Shown: positions 35,964-48,281, counted from the stretch's first letter. The stretch: DNA of 64,000 nucleotides from an uncultured Candidatus Rokubacteria bacterium (GCA_963758635.1 CAVWWD010000005.1:288001-352000), one strand, 5' to 3'. Numbers and translations are program-made. The notes: a model not told the origin generated them from the letters alone.

Positions 35964-38900
35964 GACCGGCGCTTGACCGTCGCGTCCCTACGGTCTTACG
36001 CTGGCTTGCCTGACCGCCACACTCGTTGAAGCCGCAGGACAGACACTTCTTGCACCCTTCCTCGTACACGAGCGTCGCCTGCCCGCACTCCTTGCAGAGG
36101 TCCCCGATCTGCCGGAGCGACGAGACGCGGACGGGCGTGTCCGTGCCGTCGTCGCCCATGTGCTCGCGCAGGACCCGGGCGAGCGCGTCGGGCAGCGACA
36201 GCACCTTGGACGGCCCGAAGCCGGTGGGCTGACCCCCGCCGATGTGGGCGAGCTGGCTGACCACCTCGTCCACGCGGCGACGCGCCGAGAGCGGCGACGG
36301 CAGCCGCAGCGCGAGCGAGACCAGGCGGCCCAGCGCCTCGGCCACGGCCATCGTGTCCGAGCCCGCCTTGCCCACCTGGACGAAGACCTCGAACGGCTCA
36401 CCGCCCGCGGTGTCGTTCACGGTGACGAACGCGGTGCCGATCGGCGTCTCCATGCGGTACGTCCGCCCGGTGAGGCTGTGGGGCCGCGGCTTGACCACGC
36501 GCTCGGCGAGGAGGCCCGGCTCGGCGGCGGCGCCCGTGAGCCCCGCGGTGAGCACCTGCGCGCCCTTGCACCCGTCGCGGAACACCGTGATGCCGAGGCA
36601 ATCCTCGCGCCACGCGAGGAGATAGGCCTGGGCCACGTCGTCCTCGGTGGCCTGGTTCGGCAGGTTGATGGTCTTCGACACGCCGTTGTCGGTGTGGCGC
36701 TGGAACGCCGCCTGATGGCGAACGTGCCAGACGTAGTCGACCTCGTGGGCCGTCTTGAACACCGCCTTCACCGCCTCGTCCACGCCGGGGATGCCCTGCA
36801 CGGAGCCCCGGCGCACCACCTCGGCCATGAGCCCCTCGGACCAGAAGCCGCGCGCCCGCGCGAGCCGCTCGAACGCGTCGCTCGAGAACGTGAGGACGCG
36901 CTCGCCGTCGGGCCCCTTCACGCGGTGCTCGAAGGCGAGGGCGAACACCGGCTCGATCCCGGAGGAGCAGCCCGCGATCATCGAGATGGTGCCGGTGGGG
37001 GCGATCGTGGTGACGGTGCAGTTCCGGAGCGGCCGGCCGTCGCGGTAGATCGAGCGGGGGAAGCTCGGGAACGGCCCGCGCTCCTCGGCGAGGCGGGCGG
37101 ACTGGTCGTGGCCCTTCTCGGAGATGAACGCCATCAGCCGCTCGGCGAGGTCGAGGGCGGCCGGGCTGTCGTAGGGGATGCCGAGCGTGAACAGCAGGTC
37201 GGCCCATCCCATCACGCCGAGCCCGATGCGGCGATTGGCCCTCACCGTCGCGTCGATCTCGGCCAGCGGATACGGGTTCACCTCCAGCACGTCGTCGAGG
37301 AAGCGCACGCCGAGGCGGATCACCCGCTCCAGCTCGTCCCAGTCGAGCGTCCAGCCGTCGCCGTCGGGCCGCGCGCACCGCGCGACGTTGATCGACCCGA
37401 GCGTGCACGCGTCGTGCGGCGCGAGAGGCTGCTCGCCGCATTGGTGGACGACGAGCCCGTTGGCGATCATCGAGTGGCTCTGGGGCTCGGTGAGGTCGAA
37501 CACGGGCCGCCGGCCCGCCGCCTCCACGGCCACGACGAGATCGCTGTCCTTCTGGCGGTAGAACCGCTCGAATCGGACGGCGTTCAGCCGGTCCTGCTTG
37601 GCGTTCAGGAATCCGATCTCCCGGCGGAACATGTCGCGCGACGCGCCGAAGATGCCCAGCTCGTACAGCACGCCGTCGGACGCGTAGGCGCGGCGTGTTC
37701 CGTCCACCGACTCGTATGCGAACAGGGCGGCTCGGGGCGCGCGCGAGCGGTCCATGAGCGAGCTCCTGATCCCCAGGTTGAGCAGGAGACTCTGGACTCC
37801 GCGCAGCAGCTCGCGGCTCTTCGAGGTCAGGGCCACCCAGGCGCTGTTGGCCTTCGGATTGTCGCGGACGGTCCCGTCGGCGGTGAACAGCCCCTGCAGA
37901 AACCCCACCACGGCTTCCCGCGGCGCCGCGAACAGGCTGGCCGGCACGACTTTCTCGGAGGCGTGGACGGGCCGCACGCCGAGGCGCGCGGAAGAAGTCG
38001 CCGAAGAACTTGCCACGGTAGATGAGGTGCCGCACGCCCCGTGCTCGCTCGTGGGCCCGTGGCGCCCGCCGGCCGTACCACGCGTTCGTGATGGCGCGAA
38101 GCCGCTGCAGCACGTCCCCGTCACGGGGCCCGAAGCTGAAGCCCACCGCGCAGTTCGCGTCGCCAGCCCGGAACCACCCGTCGCCGACGAGCCAGCCGAG
38201 CACGAGGCCCAGGTCACGGCTCCAGCGGGCCGGCAGGTCGTGCCGGTAGACGCGCCCGTTGCGGCCGGCGAACTCCGACGCATGCGGGAACGGGAGCCGA
38301 TCGTCGGTGGCAAACGCGCCGGGGTGGCTCTGGATCCAGACGCGATCGGCGCCCACGCGCAGGTCGGCCGCCGCCACCCATCCGCGGTCCGTCATGAACC
38401 GGTGATCGCGCGTGCACGTGAGCTCGTAGCCGGCCTTCGTCCGCACCGTCACGGTGTCGCGCTCGCCGGTGGCGAACGCCCGCTGGATGGGCAGGCAACC
38501 CAGCGCATAGGCGGAGAGCGGCACGTCGTGGGTGCCTTCCCACACGAGCAGACGCGACGGCACGAGCCGCCCGTCCACCTGCACGGCAACGCCACCCTCC
38601 GCGTGGCGGGCGGCCAGGGAGTCGATGCGCACGAGGCCGCGATCCGTCCCGATCAAGGTGTCGGCGACCACGCACGGGTTGGTCGCCTCGATCTGCGCGA
38701 CCTCGGGCGTGGGGTTCGCGCGGCTCCGGTTGATGCGGTCGATGAACACCATGCCGGGATCGCCGGTGCGCCACGCCGCGCGGACGATGCGATCGAACAC
38801 GTCGCGCGCCGACAGCCGGCCCGTTACCGCGCCCGTGCGCGGGTTGACGAGGTCGTAGTCCGTGCCCGCGGCGAGCGCGTCCATGAACGCGTCGGTGGCG

Positions 38901-39520
38901 GCCACCGAGATGTTGAAGTTGGTGATGCCGCCGTCGAGCTTGCAGTCGATGAACTCGAGGATGTCGGGATGGTCGACGCGCAGGATGCCCATGTTCGCGC
39001 CGCGCCGCATGCCGCCCTGCTTCACCGCCTCGGTGGCCGCGTTGAACACGCGCAGGAACGAGACCGGCCCCGACGCGCGCCCGCCGGTCGACTTCACCAC
39101 GTCGTTCTTCGGCCGCAGCCGCGAGAACGCGTATCCGGTTCCACCACCCGATTGATGGATGATCGCGCCGGACTTCACCGCCTCGAAGATCTCGGGCATC
39201 GAGTCGCCGACGGGCAGCACGAAGCACGCGGAGTACTGCAGCTGGTTGTCCTTCCCCGCGTTCATCAAGGTCGGCGAGTTGGGGAGGAACGCGCCGTCCA
39301 CCATCACCTCGTAGAACGCGGCGGCGATCTCGGCAATGGCCGCGGGACTCCGGCCGAAGCGGCCCTCCGCCGCGGCGATGGCGCGGGCCACGCGCCAGCA
39401 CATCTCCTCGGCCGTCTCCACCACCTCGCCGTCCTCGCGGGCGAGGTAGCGCTCGCGCAGGACGCGCAGGGCCGCCTCGGTCCAGCGTCCCACCTTGGCG
39501 GGCCGCGCCTCGAGCGACAT
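35947..39520 (-). CDS. nrdJ: Adenosylcobalamin-dependent (class II) ribonucleotide reductase with intein and C-terminal TSCPD/Zn-ribbon; frameshift near 37985
   Basis: [31 protein letters not shown]-[intein]-[28 protein letters not shown]...[18 protein letters not shown]. Confidence 0.93.
37441..38674 (-). mobile_element. Intein with LAGLIDADG homing endonuclease, ending His-Gln
   Basis: Starts [13 protein letters not shown]; block [20 protein letters not shown] and [10 protein letters not shown]; ends [22 protein letters not shown]. Confidence 0.92.
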
Positions 39521-39619
39521 GCGGGGCTCCTTCACGGGCCGACGATCGAGCCTGGCCGACGAATGGGGGAGATGGGGCCGCCCCAGGCCACTACCCGGGG
39601 GACATGGCGTAAGCCTAGC

Positions 39620-39635
39620 ACACCGCATATGGAGT
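39620..39635. promoter_or_regulatory. Candidate NrdR box
   Basis: acaccgcatatggagt matches acaCwAtATaTwGtgt at about 11/16 positions, ~100 bp upstream of nrdJ. Confidence 0.45.
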
Positions 39636-39675
39636 GCAGAAAGTGCGGAAGGCCCCGCGACGGGCCGGCCTAGAC

Positions 39676-39703
39676 TTGACTGTCCCGAGCCGGCACATAC
39701 AAT
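39676..39703 (+). promoter_or_regulatory. Sigma70-type promoter of the efflux cluster
   Basis: TTGACT-N16-TACAAT. Confidence 0.6.
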
Positions 39704-39804
39704 CGGGAGCCACGCTATGATGCGGCCACGCCGACCGGTCACCTGCCGTTGACGTCCATCACGACGCCGGCTTGGCCCCACGGGCCGAGCGGGCCGGAGC
39801 AGAC

Positions 39805-40518
39805 ATGCGCGCGCTGAGGCATTACCGCGTCGGCATCGCCCTGGTCGGCCTGCTCGTCGTGATCGGGATGCTCGTCGCGTACCGTCTCAGCGGCTACGTG
39901 GCCCAGAAGAACCTGGACCAGGGCGCCGCGGTGAGCGCGCAGTCCTCGGGCACGAACACGTCCTCGCTGGGCATCCTCGTCATCCACGACATCGCGAGCG
40001 TGAAGGTCCAGGTGGAGGTGCCCGAGCGGCACATCGCCCGCGTGAAGGCGGGGACGCCGGTCCGGCTCCGCGTGGACCCCTACACCAACCAGGTCTTCAG
40101 CGGCGTGGTGGCGCGCATCGTCCACAACCTGGACCCGCGGACGCGCACGATGGGGCTCGAGGTCGACATCCCGAACGGCGACGGGCGCCTCAAGCCCGGC
40201 ATGTTCGCGCGCGTGGACCTCCTGGTGGAGACGCGGAAGGGCGCGCTCACGATTCCCGTGGACGCCCTCCGCATCGGCAAGGCGAAGCCCACGGTGATGG
40301 TCGTGCGCGCCGGCGTGGCCGAGGCGGTGCCGATCGCGGTGGGCCTCGCCGACGGCGAGCGCGTCGAGGTCGTGTCCGGTCTCGCCGACGGCGATCAGGT
40401 CGCCACCGTCTTCACCCTGATCCTGATCCCGACGCTGTACGTGATCCTCGAGGAGCGCTTCCCCCGCGAGGTGCCGGCGCCGGAGGGCGCCCTCACGCCA
40501 CAAGGAGAAATCGCATGA
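39805..40518 (+). CDS. Internally deleted RND periplasmic adaptor fused to an RND-permease-like last TM helix (possible remnant)
   Basis: [38 protein letters not shown], then [18 protein letters not shown]. Confidence 0.7.
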   Translation: MRALRHYRVGIALVGLLVVIGMLVAYRLSGYVAQKNLDQGAAVSAQSSGTNTSSLGILVIHDIASVKVQVEVPERHIARVKAGTPVRLRVDPYTNQVFSGVVARIVHNLDPRTRTMGLEVDIPNGDGRLKPGMFARVDLLVETRKGALTIPVDALRIGKAKPTVMVVRAGVAEAVPIAVGLADGERVEVVSGLADGDQVATVFTLILIPTLYVILEERFPREVPAPEGALTPQGEIA

Positions 40519-41919
40519 CGTCCGTCTCCCTTCACCGGCTTCTCGCCGGCCTGCTGCTCGTCGTGGCGGCGCTGCCCGCGGTGGCGGCGGCGCAGCCGAC
40601 GGCGAGCGACCCCATGGCGCCGCGGCGGCCCCTCCCGGCTCCCCCGGGACTGACCTTCCCGGTCCCGCCCCAGATCGCGACGAGCGAGCTGTCCTTGCCC
40701 GAGGCCGTCACCATCGCGCTCGACAACCAGCCGCAGATCCAGGCCCGGATCGGGGACTACGTGGCTGCGCTCCAGCGCGTGAACCAGGCGCTGTCACCCA
40801 TGCTGCCCCAGCTGAGTGCCGCCGCCGAGGGGACCCACCAGAACGCCGACACGCGGATCATCAATCCGCCTCCCATGCCGAACGCGTCCCCGCAGACCCT
40901 GCGGACGGTGGGGAGCGGGCGGATCACCCTCTCCCAGCTCCTCTGGGACTTCGGCAAGACGTGGGCGTTCACGCAATCGGCGAAGTCCAGCGCGGGAGTG
41001 TTCCGCGAGGACGTGGAGCTGCAGAAGGACCTCATCGTGCTCGCCGTGAAGGAGCAGTACTTCAACCTCCTGTTCGCGAGCCGGCTGGTGGTCGTCAACG
41101 CCCAGGCCCAGGAGCGGGCCGAGCTGAACCTGCGCAGCGCCAAGGGCTTCTTCGAGGTGGGCACGCGGCCGAAGTCCGACGTGACCCGGGCCGAGGTCGA
41201 CGTGGCCAACGCGCGCGTGGATCTCATCCGCGCGCAGAACGCGGTGAGCCTGGCCCGCATCGCGCTGAACACCGCGATGGGCATCGCCGTCAACGCCCCC
41301 ACGCGCGTGACGCGACATTCTGACGTACGAGAAGCTCACCCTCGACCAGAACACTCTGGTCTCGGAGGCGCTCAGCCGCCGGCCCGAGTACCGCGCGGTG
41401 AAGTACCAGACGGACGCCGCGGAGGCGAACGTGAAGGCGGCGTTCCGCGACTTCTTCCCGGGTTTCTTCGGCACAACGTCCGTCGGGGGCAGCACGGCGA
41501 CGACCGACAGGACCGCCACGTACACGGAGGCGGGGGACTGGGTCGTCGGCGTCGAGATGCGCTGGGCCATCTTCGACGGCGGCAACAAGATCGCCCGCTG
41601 GAAGGAGGCCAAGGCCTCGGTCGACGCGGCCAAGGCCCGCGTCCGCGACACCGAGCTGACGATCTGGCAGGACGTGGAGGGCGCCTACGTGCGGCTGGTG
41701 GAGGCCGAGGAGCGGATCGGCGCCACCCAGAAAGCCGTCGAGTCGGCCCAGGAGAACTTCCGGCTCTTCCAGGGCCGGTTCGACGCCGGCGTCGGCAACA
41801 TCATCGAGCTGACCGACGCGCAGTTCGCCCTCACCCAGGCGCAGTCCACCGAGGCTCAGGCGCTCGCCGACTTCCGGATCGCCATCGCGAGGCTGGAGCG
41901 CGCAACGGGTCGGCGCTAG
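40515..41919 (+). CDS. TolC family outer membrane efflux protein; frameshift near 41310
   Basis: LSLPEAVTIALDNQP, LSQLLWDFGK, RFDAGVGNIIELTDAQ, ARLERATG. Confidence 0.88.
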
Positions 41920-41980
41920 ACTGGACAGGCCGGCCCGCGGCAGCCGGAATATGCCCTCCCACACCAACGTCTGACTTGGC

Positions 41981-43805
41981 ATGAAGCGTAGGCTCTTGAC
42001 CGCCCTGCTGATCCTGGTCGCCGCGGGGGGGCTCACCGGGGCCTACCTCTACACCCAGAGCACCGGCACCGCCCCGCGCTTCCGGACCCAGGCGGTCGCC
42101 CGCGGCCCCATGACCGCGGCGGTCTCGGCCACCGGCAACCTGAACGCGGTGGTGACCGTGCAGGTCGGCTCCCAGGTCTCCGGCCAGATCCGGGAGCTTT
42201 TCGCCGACTTCAACTCCCAGGTCAAGCGCGACCAGCTCGTCGCGCGCATCGACCCGCAGAGCTTCGAGGCCAAGGTGAGCCAGGCCCGGGCCGACGTGGA
42301 CGTCGCCGAGGCCGCGGTCCTGAACCAGCGCGCCCAGGTCGAGCGTGCCCGCGCCGACACCGACAACGCGCGGGCCGCCGCCGCCTCCGGCAAGGCCCAG
42401 ACGGCGAAGGCCGCGGTAGCCCTCCTCGACGCCAGGCGCGACCTCGACCGCAAGACTGGAAATGTTCCGCAAGGAGCTGATCGCCCGCAGCGACATCGAC
42501 TCCGCCCAGGCCGCGCACGACTCCGCCGAGGCCCAGCTCGAGTCGAGCCGCGCCCAGGAGCAGGCCCTGGCCTCCGCCATCCGGTCGTCCGAGGCCCAGC
42601 ACCGCGTGGTGGAGGCCCAGCTCAAGGCGTCGGAGGCCACGGTACGCCAGAAGCGCGCGGCGCTGCAGCAGGCCGAGGTGGACCTGACCTACACGGCCAT
42701 CCGCGCCCCCGTGGACGGCACGGTCGTCTCGCGCAACGTCGACGTGGGGCAGACGGTGGCGGCCAGCCTCCAGGCGCCCACGCTCTTCACGATCGCGCAG
42801 GACCTGACCAAGATGCAGATCGACACCAACGTCGACGAGGCCGACATCGGGCGCATGCAGGACGGCCAGTCCGTCACGTTCACCGTCGACTCGTTCCCGA
42901 ACCAGGTCTTCCCCGGCCGCGTGGTGCAGATCCGGAAGGCCCCGAAGCCGGTGCAGAACGTGGTGACGTACAACGTGGTGATCAGCGTCGACAACCCGGA
43001 CCAGAAGCTCCTGCCCGGCATGACCGCGAACGTCCGCGTGGTCGTGGAATCCCGCGACAACGTCCTGAAGGTCCCGAACACGGCGCTGCGCTTCCGGCCG
43101 CCCGGCGAGGAGCCGGCCCGGCCCACCCAGGCCGCGGGTCCCGGCCAGCCGGGCGGTGAGCGCCGGCCGGGCGGCGGGCTGCCTCCGATCGAGGAGATCC
43201 GCGACCGCCTCGTCCGCGAGCTCAAGCTCACCGAGGAGCAGCAGAAGAAGCTCGAGCCGATCCTGCAGGAGAGCCGCACGGCGTTCATGCAGCTCTCCCG
43301 GGTGGACCCGAAGCAGCGGCGCACCGCGGCCACGCGCATCCGCGAGGAGACGCGGCAGAAGATCCGCGCGATCCTCACGCCCGAGCAGCAGGCGGTCTAC
43401 GCGCAGCTCCCGTCCGGCCAGCCGGCGCGCGCCGGAGCGGAAGGCGCGGGCGGACGCGCCTACGTCCTGGAGCCCACGGGCAAGCCGGCGCCGGTGGCGT
43501 TGAGGCTCGGGATCAGCGACGGCACGTACACGGAAGTGCTCGGAGGAGACCTCAAGGAGGGCCAGGAGGTCGTGATCAGCGCGGCCACCGGCGGCGCCTC
43601 GGGCGCGGGGCGGCCGAGCTCGTCCGCGCCGGCCAGCGGCCCCCGGGTCCGCTCGGGCTCGATGACCCTCCAGGGTACGGTAACCGCCACGGGCCTCTAC
43701 ATCCCACCGCTCGGCATTGTCTATGCGCGGGGCTCACGAGTGACCTTCGCAGAATACGGTAACCGCCACGGGCCTCTACAATCCCACCGCTCGGCATTAG
43801 TCTGA
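41981..43805 (+). CDS. MacA-like efflux periplasmic adaptor; frameshift near 42460; reads into the repeat array at its 3' end
   Basis: VSATGNLNAVVTVQVGSQVSGQI, IRAPVDGTVVSRNVDVGQTVAASLQAPTLF, LLPGMTANV. True end uncertain (~43660-43805). Confidence 0.87.
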
Positions 43806-43987
43806 TTGCGCGGGGCTCACGAGTGACCTTCGCAGAATACGGTAACCGCCACGGGCCTCTACAATCCCACCGCTCGGCATTGGTCTATTGCGCGGGGCTC
43901 ACGAGTGACCTTCGCAGAATACGGTAACCGCCACGGGCCTCTACAATCCCACCGCTCGGCATTAGTCTATTGCGCGGGGCTCACGAG
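43663..43987 (-). repeat. Four tandem copies (4-7) of the ~78-bp MITE-like element, each followed by CGAG
   Basis: Copies at 43663-43736, 43741-43819, 43824-43901 and 43906-43983; junctions ggggctca|cgag|tgacctt. Confidence 0.92.
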
Positions 43988-44743
<756 letters not shown>

Positions 44744-44747
<4 letters not shown>

Positions 44748-45976
44748 ACGTCCTCGCGTGCGCCCGCATCGCGCTCCGCGCGCTCCGCGTGAACAAGCTG
44801 CGCAGCATCCTCACCATGCTTGGCATCATCATCGGCGTGGGCGCGGTCATCGCCATGGTCTCGGTCGGCGCGGGCGCCCAGGCGCGCGTGGCCGAGCAGA
44901 TCCGGGCCCTCGGCTCGAACCTCATCATCGTGCTGCCGGGCAGCTCCGCCGCCACCGGCGTGCGCCTCGGCTACGGGACGCGCCCCACCATCACGCAGGA
45001 CGACGCGGCGGCGATCGCGCGGGAGATCCCCGCCGTCCACTCCACCGCGCCCAGCGTCCGGGGCCGCGACACCGTGGTGTGGGGCAACATGAACTGGTCC
45101 ACGACGATCCAGGGCACCACCCCGGACTACGAGGAGACGCGGCAGTGGCCGGCCCAGTCCGGACGGTACTTCAGCCGGGAGGAGCTGGAGTCCGCGGCCA
45201 AGGTGGTCCTGCTCGGGCAGACGGTGGCCGAGAACCTCTTCGGCGGCGGCGACCCCGTGGGCACCGTGGTCCGCGTGAGCGGCGTCCCGCTGACCGTGCT
45301 GGGCGTGCTGTCGCGCAAGGGGCAGTCGAGCTGGGGCCAGGATCAGGACGACCTCGTGGTCATCCCCATCACCACCGCGAACAAGCGCGTCCTCGGACCC
45401 ACGCAGCCCCTGCCCAGCTCGGTCAACGCCATCTCCATCCGGATCCGCGACGGGGAGAACATGAAGCCGGCCGAGGAGGAGATCAAGCTGCTCCTCCGCC
45501 AGCGCCACAGGCTGCAGGGATACCAGGAGGACGATTTCTGGCTCCGCAACCTCTCCGAGATGCTCCAGGCCGAGGAGGAATCGTCCCGGGTGCTCACGAT
45601 GCTGCTCGCCGCCATCGCCTCGGTGTCGCTCGTGGTGGGCGGGATCGGGATCATGAACATCATGCTCGTCTCGGTGACGGAGCGGACCCGCGAGATCGGC
45701 CTGCGGATGGCGGTGGGCGCCCGCGGCCGCGACATCCTGTTCCAGTTCCTGGTCGAGGCCGTCACGCTCTCGCTGATCGGCGGAGTGATCGGGATCGGGC
45801 TCGGGCTGGGCAGCGCGTACGCGCTCGCGTACCTGGCCGCGTGGCGCACGCTGATCAGCCCGGAGGCGATCATGATCGCGTTCGCCTTCTCGGGCGCGGT
45901 CGGGGTGTTCTTCGGCTTCTACCCGGCGCGGAAGGCGGCGCTGCTCAACCCGATCGAGGCGCTGCGCTACGAATGA
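44744..45976 (+). CDS. MacB-like ABC permease
   Basis: [46 protein letters not shown]. Confidence 0.92.
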
Positions 45977-46362
45977 TCCTCCGGGCGCTCGCTCGCGTCG
46001 CGGTCGTCCTCCTGGCTGTCGCCGCCCTCGCCGGCGCCGGCGCGTCCCCCGCGCCCGCCCAGGTCTACACGCCGCAGTCGGGCTCGGGGCTCAGCGTGAG
46101 CTTCACCACCGAGCGCATGGGCGGCTCGCGCATGCTCGTCTTCGGCGAGGTGCGGAACGGGACCGGCACCACCTACGAGCGGGTGGTGGTCCTCGCCGAG
46201 GGCCTCGACGACAGCGGCAAGGTCGTCAGCCGGGCGCGCGGCTACGTCACCGGCACGGTCGGGCCCAAGACGAGCTCGTCCTTCGAGCTGCGCATGCTCG
46301 CCTCGGGGAGCGAGCGCCGGTACCGGGTGACCGTCGATTCGTTCCAGCAAGTCCAGAACTAG
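45973..46362 (+). CDS. Secreted beta-sandwich protein (FxLYD-like)
   Basis: Signal peptide [25 protein letters not shown]...[13 protein letters not shown]. Confidence 0.65.
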   Translation: MILRALARVAVVLLAVAALAGAGASPAPAQVYTPQSGSGLSVSFTTERMGGSRMLVFGEVRNGTGTTYERVVVLAEGLDDSGKVVSRARGYVTGTVGPKTSSSFELRMLASGSERRYRVTVDSFQQVQN

Positions 46363-46375
46363 TGATGGGCGTCGC

Positions 46376-46909
46376 GTGACGAAGGCCCGCCGCGCGGGGG
46401 CCCGTCGTTCGCGTCCGCGCGCCCAGCCCGCGCCTCGCGCCTCCGTCAGCCGGCCCCGGCCGCGACCGTCCCCGGCGGCGGCAATCGAGGAGCGCGGCCT
46501 GCCCATCGTGCGCGAGCTGCACCGGATCGCGTCGGGCCGCGGCGCGCCGGTCGTCAAGCTCGAGGGCGCGCTGGAGGTGCTCTTCGGCGCCCTCGGCGAG
46601 TCCGACCCGCAGTTCTCGGGGCTGGTGCTGAGCGGCTGGATGCGCGCCCGCGACGACAAGGTGTTCCGCCTCACCATGGCGTGGCTACGGGAGCAGATCC
46701 GGCTCTCGGTCGAGGAGATCGTGGCCGAGGGTCAGGCCGCGGGGGCGTTCCGCGCCGACCTCGAGCCGGGCCCGGCGGCGGCGGTCGTCGTGGGGGCGGC
46801 GGAGGGCTGTCTGCTTCAGACCGCCACCCAGGGGGGCGCCGTGCCTCCCGCCAAGATCCTCCAGGCTTTGTTGAGGCTCCTGGGCACCAGCGCGGCCGAT
46901 GCGACGTGA
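46376..46909 (+). CDS. TetR C-terminal (ligand-binding)-like protein with no clear HTH
   Basis: IVAEGQAAGAFRADLEP motif; basic low-complexity N-terminus. Confidence 0.6.
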   Translation: MTKARRAGARRSRPRAQPAPRASVSRPRPRPSPAAAIEERGLPIVRELHRIASGRGAPVVKLEGALEVLFGALGESDPQFSGLVLSGWMRARDDKVFRLTMAWLREQIRLSVEEIVAEGQAAGAFRADLEPGPAAAVVVGAAEGCLLQTATQGGAVPPAKILQALLRLLGTSAADAT

Positions 46910-47005
46910 CGCCAGGCCTTGTTGAGGCTCCTGGGCACCGGCGCGGCCGACGCGACGTGCCGCCCGGCCTGTTGAGGCTCCTGGGCGCCAGCGCGGCCGC
47001 GCGCT
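46861..47005. repeat. Three ~51-bp tandem repeats duplicating the gene 3' end
   Basis: gttgaggctcctgggc(a/g)cc(a/g)gcgcggccg occurs three times; units start near 46861, 46912 and 46963. Confidence 0.85.
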
Positions 47006-47016
47006 GCTGAAACGGA

Positions 47017-47388
47017 CTACCGCGGCTTGAGCTCGATCAGGTAGCCGTCGGGATCGCGGAGGTAGAGCGACGGCCCGGTGCCGAACGCGCCGCGGCGCTC
47101 CACCACCGGGCCCTCCAGCGCGATGCCGTCGGCGACCAGCGCCTCACGGAGGGCGGGAAGGTCGGCGCAGCGGATCGACAGGCAGAAGTGGTCCATGCCC
47201 GCTTCGCCCCGCTGCCCGGGCAGGAGGTCGATGAGCGCCTCGCCGAACCGGAGCTGCAGGAGCGAGATCCGCTCGTTGAAGTGGTCGACGCGGCAGCCGA
47301 GCACGTCGGTGTAGAACCGCTGGGACGCCGCCTGGTCGCGAACGCGCAGCACCACGTGATCCAGCCCGAGCGGCTCGAACAGTCCCAT
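47017..47388 (-). CDS. VOC/glyoxalase family protein
   Basis: LDHVVLRVRD, DHFCL, SLYLRDPDGYLIELK. Confidence 0.9.
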   Translation of the reverse strand: MGLFEPLGLDHVVLRVRDQAASQRFYTDVLGCRVDHFNERISLLQLRFGEALIDLLPGQRGEAGMDHFCLSIRCADLPALREALVADGIALEGPVVERRGAFGTGPSLYLRDPDGYLIELKPR

Positions 47389-47458
47389 GGCGCCCACCAT
47401 ACGCGGGCCCGGGCGGGCGATCAAGTTGACCGTCCTCCGGCGCCCCCGTAGCATCTAG

Positions 47459-47537
47459 TGAGCCTCGCGCATCAGACTCAATGCCGAGCGGTGGGACTGT
47501 AGAGGCCCGTGGCGATTACCGTATTCTGCGAGGGTCA
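47459..47537 (+). mobile_element. ~78-bp MITE-like element, copy 8
   Basis: ctag|tgagcctcgcgcatcagac...tattctgcgagggtca. Confidence 0.85.
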
Positions 47538-47544
47538 TTGAACC

Positions 47545-48281
47545 GTGCGCGCGCTGTCCGTCGCTCTCGTCCTGGTCGTAGCATCCGCCGGACCCGCGCT
47601 CGCGCAGTCCCCCTCGCCGCCGAGGCGCGCGCCTTCTCCACGCGCTACCACGAGGACCTGCCGCGCCTGGACCGCCTGTACACCGGGCTCACCGAGGCGG
47701 TCAAGGCCGACCCCCACCTGGACAACCTCCTCGCCTACGCGCAGATCTGCTTCATCTGGGGCGACGTCCGCGCCGGTACGACGGAAGCGAAGCTCGAGGC
47801 CTACGATCGCGGCCGGCAGGCCGCGGTGCGTGCCGCCGAGCTGGCGCCGCGGAACGCGCTCGCCCACTTCTGGGTCGCCACCAACGCCGGTCGCTGGGGG
47901 CAGACCAAGGGCGTGATGCGCTCGCTGTTCCTGCTTCCCACCGTGAAGCGGGAGATGGCCGCCGCCCTCGACCTCGACCCGACGTTCCCCGCCGTCTACT
48001 CGCTGGCCGGCAGCGTCTACTACGAGGTGCCGGGCTTCGCCGGAGGCGACCTCGAGAAGTCGGAGGCGATGTTCAGGAAGGGCCTGGGGATCGATCCCCG
48101 GTTCACCGGGCTCCGCGTGGGGCTGGCCCGCACGCTGGTCAAGCGCCAGCGCGTCGAGGAGGCGCGCCGGGAGCTCCGGCTGGTGCTCGATGAGAAGGAG
48201 CCCAGCAACCCGGCGGACTGGGCGGTCAAGGACGTGAAGCACGCGCGCGAGCTGCTCGAGTCGCTGACGGGCCGGCCGTGA
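47545..48281 (+). CDS. Secreted TPR protein (TatT-like); frameshift near 47612
   Basis: Signal peptide is in the 47545 frame; TPR-like body (AHFWVATNAGRWGQTKGV, YYEVPGFAGGD) is in the 47481 frame. Confidence 0.7.

Noticed and set aside
39521..39620. Cobalamin riboswitch upstream of nrdJ
   Set aside because: No B12-box on the nrdJ sense strand; the gccact…ggg similarity is weak and on the wrong strand.
43663..43987. CRISPR array
   Set aside because: Units are near-identical over their whole ~82 bp with no unique spacers, there are no cas genes in the window, and the same unit occurs singly elsewhere.
46907..46909. Selenocysteine readthrough of the TetR-like gene's TGA (TGC in the next repeat copy)
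   Set aside because: No redox motif context; better explained by mutation in a duplicated copy.
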